A stretch of DNA of 64,000 nucleotides, from NCBI RefSeq assembly GCF_009914755.1, contig NC_060930.1. The stretch is one strand, 5' to 3'. A model generated the notes under the pieces. It ran no database searches. It had not been told where the DNA came from and saw only the letters and a program-made list of their open reading frames with translations. This document shows positions 58,331 through 64,000 of this stretch, piece by piece (position 1 is the stretch's first letter; every line of letters starts with the position of its first letter). Both the position numbers and the translations under genes were made by a program. The DNA is from the human T2T-CHM13v2.0 reference genome, Homo sapiens.

Positions 58331-59869
58331 AACTAGTCCTTTATTTTTATAATTTTTTAAATCTTATAACTCATGGTACACTCAATAAATATATAACAGA
58401 AATATGAACCATGCACTGTGGGAGCCAAGAAAGGAAGTATAAAACTTTCCCAACGAGAACTAAACATCACGTGAGAACTATGTGCCTTGAAGGGTGAAGA
58501 ATTTTCCCAATAAATAGTGGTTGTGGAACATTCCAGCCAGAGAACAGTGTGTGCCAAGGCATGGGATAGTGAAAGCCAGGGCATATTGCATGAAGAGTGA
58601 AAAACTCAATACAGCAAAAACCTAGGGTATCCAAGGTGACAGATGGAGATAAGGCTGAGGAGGTAGTTTAGGGCTCAGTTGTAAAGCACCCAATGTGACA
58701 GGCTAAGGGATTTAAATTTCATTCAGCTGCTATAGGGACATAAAAGGGCTTTCTAAGCAGATGAATGACATAAACTATTTGGGAAGAAGACCCTGTCGGC
58801 AGTGTGGAAGATGTATAGAACAGAAGAAAGGAAATCTGGGGGGAATTTGAAGGAAGAAAGGGAGGAAGTTGAATTTGTGGTGGTATCTCACTCAGTAACG
58901 GAGTAAGATTTGGGAAAAGTGTTTTTTAAAATGGATTTGTGTCATGGAATACAATTTAGAAATATGGAATATGCATCACAAATGCAGAAAGAGATTTGGG
59001 GGCAAATTAGGGGAAAACGTAGATTTGAGAGGGAAGAAGAGGTGGAACACAATGGTGTTCAGTCACCATAAGCCAGAGACTGTGCCAATGTGTCTCATAT
59101 ATAATCTCCTTTAGAATGCAAGTTGTAAGTAAAAATCATTAACATAGATGAGACTCGGAATGATTACTGTTCAGGTTTTAAAATCAGAATGTTGAAAACA
59201 ACTTGCAATCCTCCCTCTGCCCCCACAACAAAAAGAAAGAAAACATGAAAAAGCTGTAATCCTGTTTGTACAATCCAGAGATTATTTGGGGTTGCACAAG
59301 CCACCGGAGGTTTTGTAATGCTGACTGAAGATCAGATGAAATAATCTGAAATACATGACCATTTGCAAGGCAGCACATAGTCACTCACCCAGCATATTTA
59401 TCATGTTTCTCTCCTGTGTCAGGTGCTGTTATAGGGGCTAGGGCTGAAGGTAACAGAAGGCACAGGGAACGGTCCCTGCATTGAAGGCCTTGCTGCTGAT
59501 GAAAGAGCCCACACAAACATACTAGAGAGCACAAGAAAACAGCTGGCAAGCTGGCCAGGAACATTTGGAGTTCAGAAAGAAAGTGCAACCCAAGGCAGTG
59601 CATAGGGGTCAGTCAAGGAGGGGGCCACGACAGGCAGGCTTCACAGGAAGGGCAGCATCTACGCAGGTGGAAAGGACTGAAGGGCATTTGAGATTATCCC
59701 TCACCACCTTCCTCAATTGTGAGCCTTGTGTGTCAGGGACCACACAGATTTTTTTCTGTAGTGGCCTGGGACTAGCCGAATGTCAATCAGTACGTGGAGG
59801 CACTTGATAAATGTCAGTTAAGCACTGACCGAAGGATGAATGAAGGGGAAGTGCATTCTTGGAGACCCC

Positions 59870-60075
59870 TAACACTAATAGCTAACATCTGTTGAGCACT
59901 TGCTGTATACTGAGGGTGCCACAAGCATTGCTTCCTTGAATGCTCACAAGGGTTTTTTGAGATATGAATCTTCTGCATCCCCATTTTACCAAGGAAAGAA
60001 CCAAGCCAGAGTGTTCAAAGTTGCATCACTAGTAAGTAGCAGGGCTGAGATTCAAATCTAGGTTTGATTTAGCAT
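59870..60075 (-). mobile_element. MIR, flanked by L2 relics at ~58.4-58.8, 59.4-59.8 and 60.5-61 kb
   Basis: AATAGCTAACATCTGTTGAGCACTTGCTG...CCCCATTTTACC...GATTCAAATCTAGG. Confidence 0.7.
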
Positions 60076-60215
60076 GTAAGCACATGCACACAGGCTACAC
60101 TGCCAGCCTCTGAGAGACAAATGATGTGATATAGGACAACGAGTACACCTGTGTGTTGGGTGTAGACTAATTATGTAGGAGAGTAGTGGAAGATGATTTT
60201 GAAAATGGCAGTAGA

Positions 60216-60470
60216 GCCACGTGCAATGGCTCACACTTGTGATCCTAGCACTTTGGGAGGCCGAGGTGGGCAGATTGCTTGAGCTCAGGAGTTTGAGACC
60301 AGCCTGGGCAACATGGCAAAACCCTGTCTCTACAAAAAATAGAAAAATTGGCCATGTGTGGTGGCACAGGCCTTGACCCCAGAAGGTCAAGGCTGCAGTG
60401 GGCCATGATCACACCACTGCACTCTAGCCTGGGTGACAGAATGAGACCTTGTCTCAGAAAAAGAAAGAAA
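60216..60470 (+). mobile_element. AluJ-like with a ~40-bp deletion in the right monomer
   Basis: 15-bp TSD GAAAATGGCAGTRGA (60201-15 and 60471-85). GTGGCACAGGCC joins directly to TTGACCCCAG. Confidence 0.9.
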
Positions 60471-63197
60471 GAAAATGGCAGTGGAAACTAGATTGGAGGA
60501 AATCTTAAATAGCAAGAAAAGGGGTCAGGATGCTATATGAAAGACAATGAAGAGCTGATGATGACTTGTGCATAAGGGAACCACAAGATAAAAGGGGAAA
60601 ATTGTACCTTAAAGTTTGGGAGTGTGTGTAAAATAGAAAGTAAGTAGTGTATCATGTCATCTAAATACATAAATAAATAAACTTTTTTGTTGGTAATAGG
60701 AAGAGAGAGGATAGTATCCAAATGGCTATCCTTATTTTTGTTCTTCTTCTTGCTTTTTTTAAATTGAGAGACTGAAGCATATCTAGCAGAAACAAAGGAG
60801 TCAGTAAATAGAGAAAAGAAGGGAACAATTAGCAGTGTCACTAAATCAGTATTACAGGAAAAGGAGTTACTCTTGGAAAGGAAAATCACTTGTTTCATGA
60901 AATAAGCAGGCAGAAAAGAAGGGCGAAGATACAGACGCATTTTGAAGTGTTAGGAAGAGATACTGAAACATTTCAGGAAGACAGGACTATAAAGCATTCT
61001 GTCTTCCCCTAAGAGTCGGATTTAGGATGCTCTTGGAATGGAAAACAGCTGCTGTGAGGATTGAGCAAGAGTAAGCGAGCAGCTATGAGGCCTGTGGCCT
61101 GAAGACTGGGCCCATCTGGGAGTGTGTGCATGTGTGTGTATGCATGTATGTAGTATGCATTAAAAGAACACTGGCGTACCTAAATATCCTGGGAAGAAGC
61201 TGAGAGGGGTCAAAAATGAGAGAAGGGGGAGAAGTGTGAATAGACAAAGAGAGCTGTGGAAGCGTCAAAGATAGAAAGTCCAAAGGGAGGCATGAGGACC
61301 TTGAAACAGAAGGAAACAAATTCATGCCTGATCATAGCCTCCTTTCAAAAAGTGCCACATATTGGATGACAATAAGTTATTGTTAAGTTTGGTAGGTATG
61401 AAGTGGCATAATGGTTATATATGTATTTTTAAGTCCTTATCATTTAGAGATGGTCCCTGAAGTAAAATGACATGATGTCTGCAGGGTAAGGGGAGCTTGG
61501 GAAAAAAGTAAAAATTTGGAGCAATGAAATATGACATATCTCTAATGAAGGAAACCTGGCCATAAACCAACTAAAGTGGGCATGAAAGAGTGGCAGAATT
61601 GTTAAGCCATTTTATTTCCATTACATGAAGGAACAGCAGTGTCATGAAATAAAAATAAATTTCAAAAACAAGATATTCTGTGTCATTCATTACAAGGCAT
61701 CTCTTATATATATATTAATTTTATGTAAGGAAACTAGCAAGGTCAATTAGATAACAGACATGGGTATATTTAAACAAGGAACCTGTGAGCCTGGAAGGCA
61801 TATTTAAGCAGTGTAAAAGCCAGCCCGATCATCTCTTTTACTCCCCACACTGAAAAAACTTTTCTTAGCTATCGACAATGCTTAATTATGTAACAGAATT
61901 GCAAATGTGAATTAAAAACATGCCTGTGACCTTTTAAATTAAAAAATAGTTTTAGCATGCTACCATGGACAAGCCCTGTCTAGCCTAACTAATGGGGCAT
62001 GTGACTCACACAAGGGCTGAAATTGGAAATTAGAAATGTAGAAATGCACTGAATAATGAGCCTCAATTATTGCCTGGATGATTTCTTCTTACGTTAGAAC
62101 CCAATTACCCATTTCCAAGTGAACCCTAGAGACTTCATCCACAAAGGGCTCCTCAGGTTCAGGTGTTTTTTGTTTGGTTGGTTTGGGTTTTTGATGTTGA
62201 TATATATATATAAACAAAGTTCTCAGAAAAGCCTCATCAGAAACTGAGAATTATTTCCTTATGGCTTGGAAGATACTGCCAAGATTCCCTTTAAGATCTA
62301 GTTAGATGGCACTCAACTAAGATTCCCATATGGAATTATTCCCCACACAGGAGCCTGACCTGCGGGAAGCTGAATAAAGCAGAGATTATTTACAAATTCC
62401 CAAAGCTGGGGTGTTTTACATTTCTCCCACCCTGGATCTAATTCCACCAGTAAATACAGCACATATTAAGTTATAAAGTATAATTATTAAAAGGCCAAGA
62501 AGTATTACAGAGAACTGACCCTCCTGACACTATAAGGCAGAGAGGCCAGTGGCGGTGGATGGCTGGGTGGGCCTGAGAGGCTGCCTCAGTTCCTGATACC
62601 CATGGGTTACATAATTACCAACGCAGCCAGAGACAGACTGATTCCAGCAGGTGCGCATCATTGCTTAAAGACATCCTACAGGAATCATCTGCATTTAGAA
62701 GGGCAGCCTTCCGGTCAGATAACTTACAACAAGTTCCCCCTCAAATAAGGAAAATACATAATGTGGTAGTTGAAATAGCAAAACCAGGCCTTTAAATAAT
62801 GCAGTCATTGCTGACACATATTGACTCTTGCTTGAGTGAGTTTTGGTTGGTTTTTATCCAAAGAGGAAGGAAAATTTTCCATGAAACAAAACAAAGCATT
62901 TAATGACTGTGATGAAAAAGTAAAACGTTTGTTTTGGCTCATGTCCTGAAAATGTTAGGTAAAACATGTATACAGTTGATAATTACTAGTGAAGCCATTT
63001 GCATTTTGTTAATTGAGAAAGCCTCAAAAAAAGTCAAATATTATGGGGAAACTTTTAGGATAACTTTCCTGTGAGCTTATTGTGCCCTAAACTTTTCTTG
63101 GTATCATGGTCATATAAAAGAAACATCAGAACCCTCATTCAGCAGGAAAGAAAAATGTATGTAAGGAGACATATCTATATATATGAAAGAAACAGCC

Positions 63198-63268
63198 TAT
63201 ATAAAGAAAGCAGAATGAAGTTAGGTAAAAGAAAACTTTATCTAACTTCATTCTGCTTTCTTTATATA
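63198..63268. repeat. Inverted repeat, 32-bp arms with one mismatch, 7-nt loop
   Basis: TATATAAAGAAAGCAGAATGAAGTTAGGTAAA / TTTATCTAACTTCATTCTGCTTTCTTTATATA. Confidence 0.95.
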
Positions 63269-63370
63269 CATGCACACACACATATGCATATATACATACA
63301 TACATATATATATGTATGTATATATGCATATATATACATGCATACATATATACATACATATATATATATG
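63264..63370. repeat. (TACA)n/(TA)n low-complexity tract
   Basis: Direct reading. Confidence 0.9.
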
Positions 63371-63534
63371 AAACATGTATTTTGTTAATTGAGAAAGGAT
63401 GGCTGGGTGGGCCTGGAAGGCTGCCTCAGTTCCTAATACCCGTGGATTGAATGATTACCATGGCAACCAGAGACAGACTGATCCCAGCAGGCTGATTTAT
63501 TATATGAAATATTATATTATATTACATATATAAA

Positions 63535-63785
63535 GAAAGCAGAATGAAGTTAGGTAAAGTTTTAGAGTAAATCGTCCTGAGTTCAAATTTCATCTCACCA
63601 CTTACTAGCTTTGTGACTAAGTTACTCAAGTGAGACTTTGAGTCTTAGTTCCCTCATTAATCAAATGGAGCATATTGGTATCTTCCTCTGTGATGGTCTT
63701 TATTCAGACTTCTATGATGATCTGAGCTTGATTCAGTGCCTAGCACATGATAGTTCAATAAATGCTTGTTATTTTTATGATTATC
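63535..63785 (+). mobile_element. MIR
   Basis: CCTGAGTTCAAAT...CACTTACTAGCTTTGTGAC...CAGTGCCTAGCACATGATAGTTCAATAAATG. Confidence 0.75.
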
Positions 63786-64000
63786 TAAAGAATTTACACT
63801 TTCAAAGCACATAGAGAAAATCAAAGACCCCTTGTATGTACTTTCTTATTACACCCTGCAATGACAAAGATTCTTGGCGCCTATCCCATTTGGGACACAT
63901 AATAGGTATTCAATAAAAGTTGTGGATTAAATTGGAAGTGCAGTTATTTTGGAGAATGAAATAGGTGAAAACAATTATATTTGCAGAAGCAAAAGCCCTA

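Larger units (their letters stand above)
62557..63491 (+). repeat. 95-bp direct repeat pair (62557-62651 and 63397-63491)
   Basis: Gapless alignment, 12 mismatches in 95 by hand count, offset 840 bp. Confidence 0.93.

Overview
Primate (very probably human) genomic DNA, AT-rich and dense in repeats. I recognise no intact cellular protein-coding gene, so it is intronic or intergenic. The window holds an old 5'-truncated L1 on the minus strand (1-~5430, with a nested Alu) and a full-length, TSD-flanked L1PA2-type element (34457-40480). In the latter, ORF1 and ORF2 are dead but the 5'UTR and antisense ORF0 are intact. It also contains smaller L1 pieces, five Alus, several MaLR/ERV solo LTRs, DNA-transposon relics (MADE1, MER2), an ancient RTE-type (L4-like) LINE relic, MIR/L2 fragments and microsatellites. 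The repeat catalogue does not explain three things: (1) a cluster of same-strand (minus) exon-like units in repeat-poor DNA at 11.1-15.7 kb, possibly a decayed gene or lncRNA lying downstream of the L1 antisense promoter; (2) a MIR converted into a ~100-nt hairpin by local inverted duplication (51530-51629); (3) a patchwork of templated direct and inverted copies with a 32-bp-stem hairpin at 62.5-63.6 kb. Repeat subfamily names come from recalled consensus sequences, not from a search.
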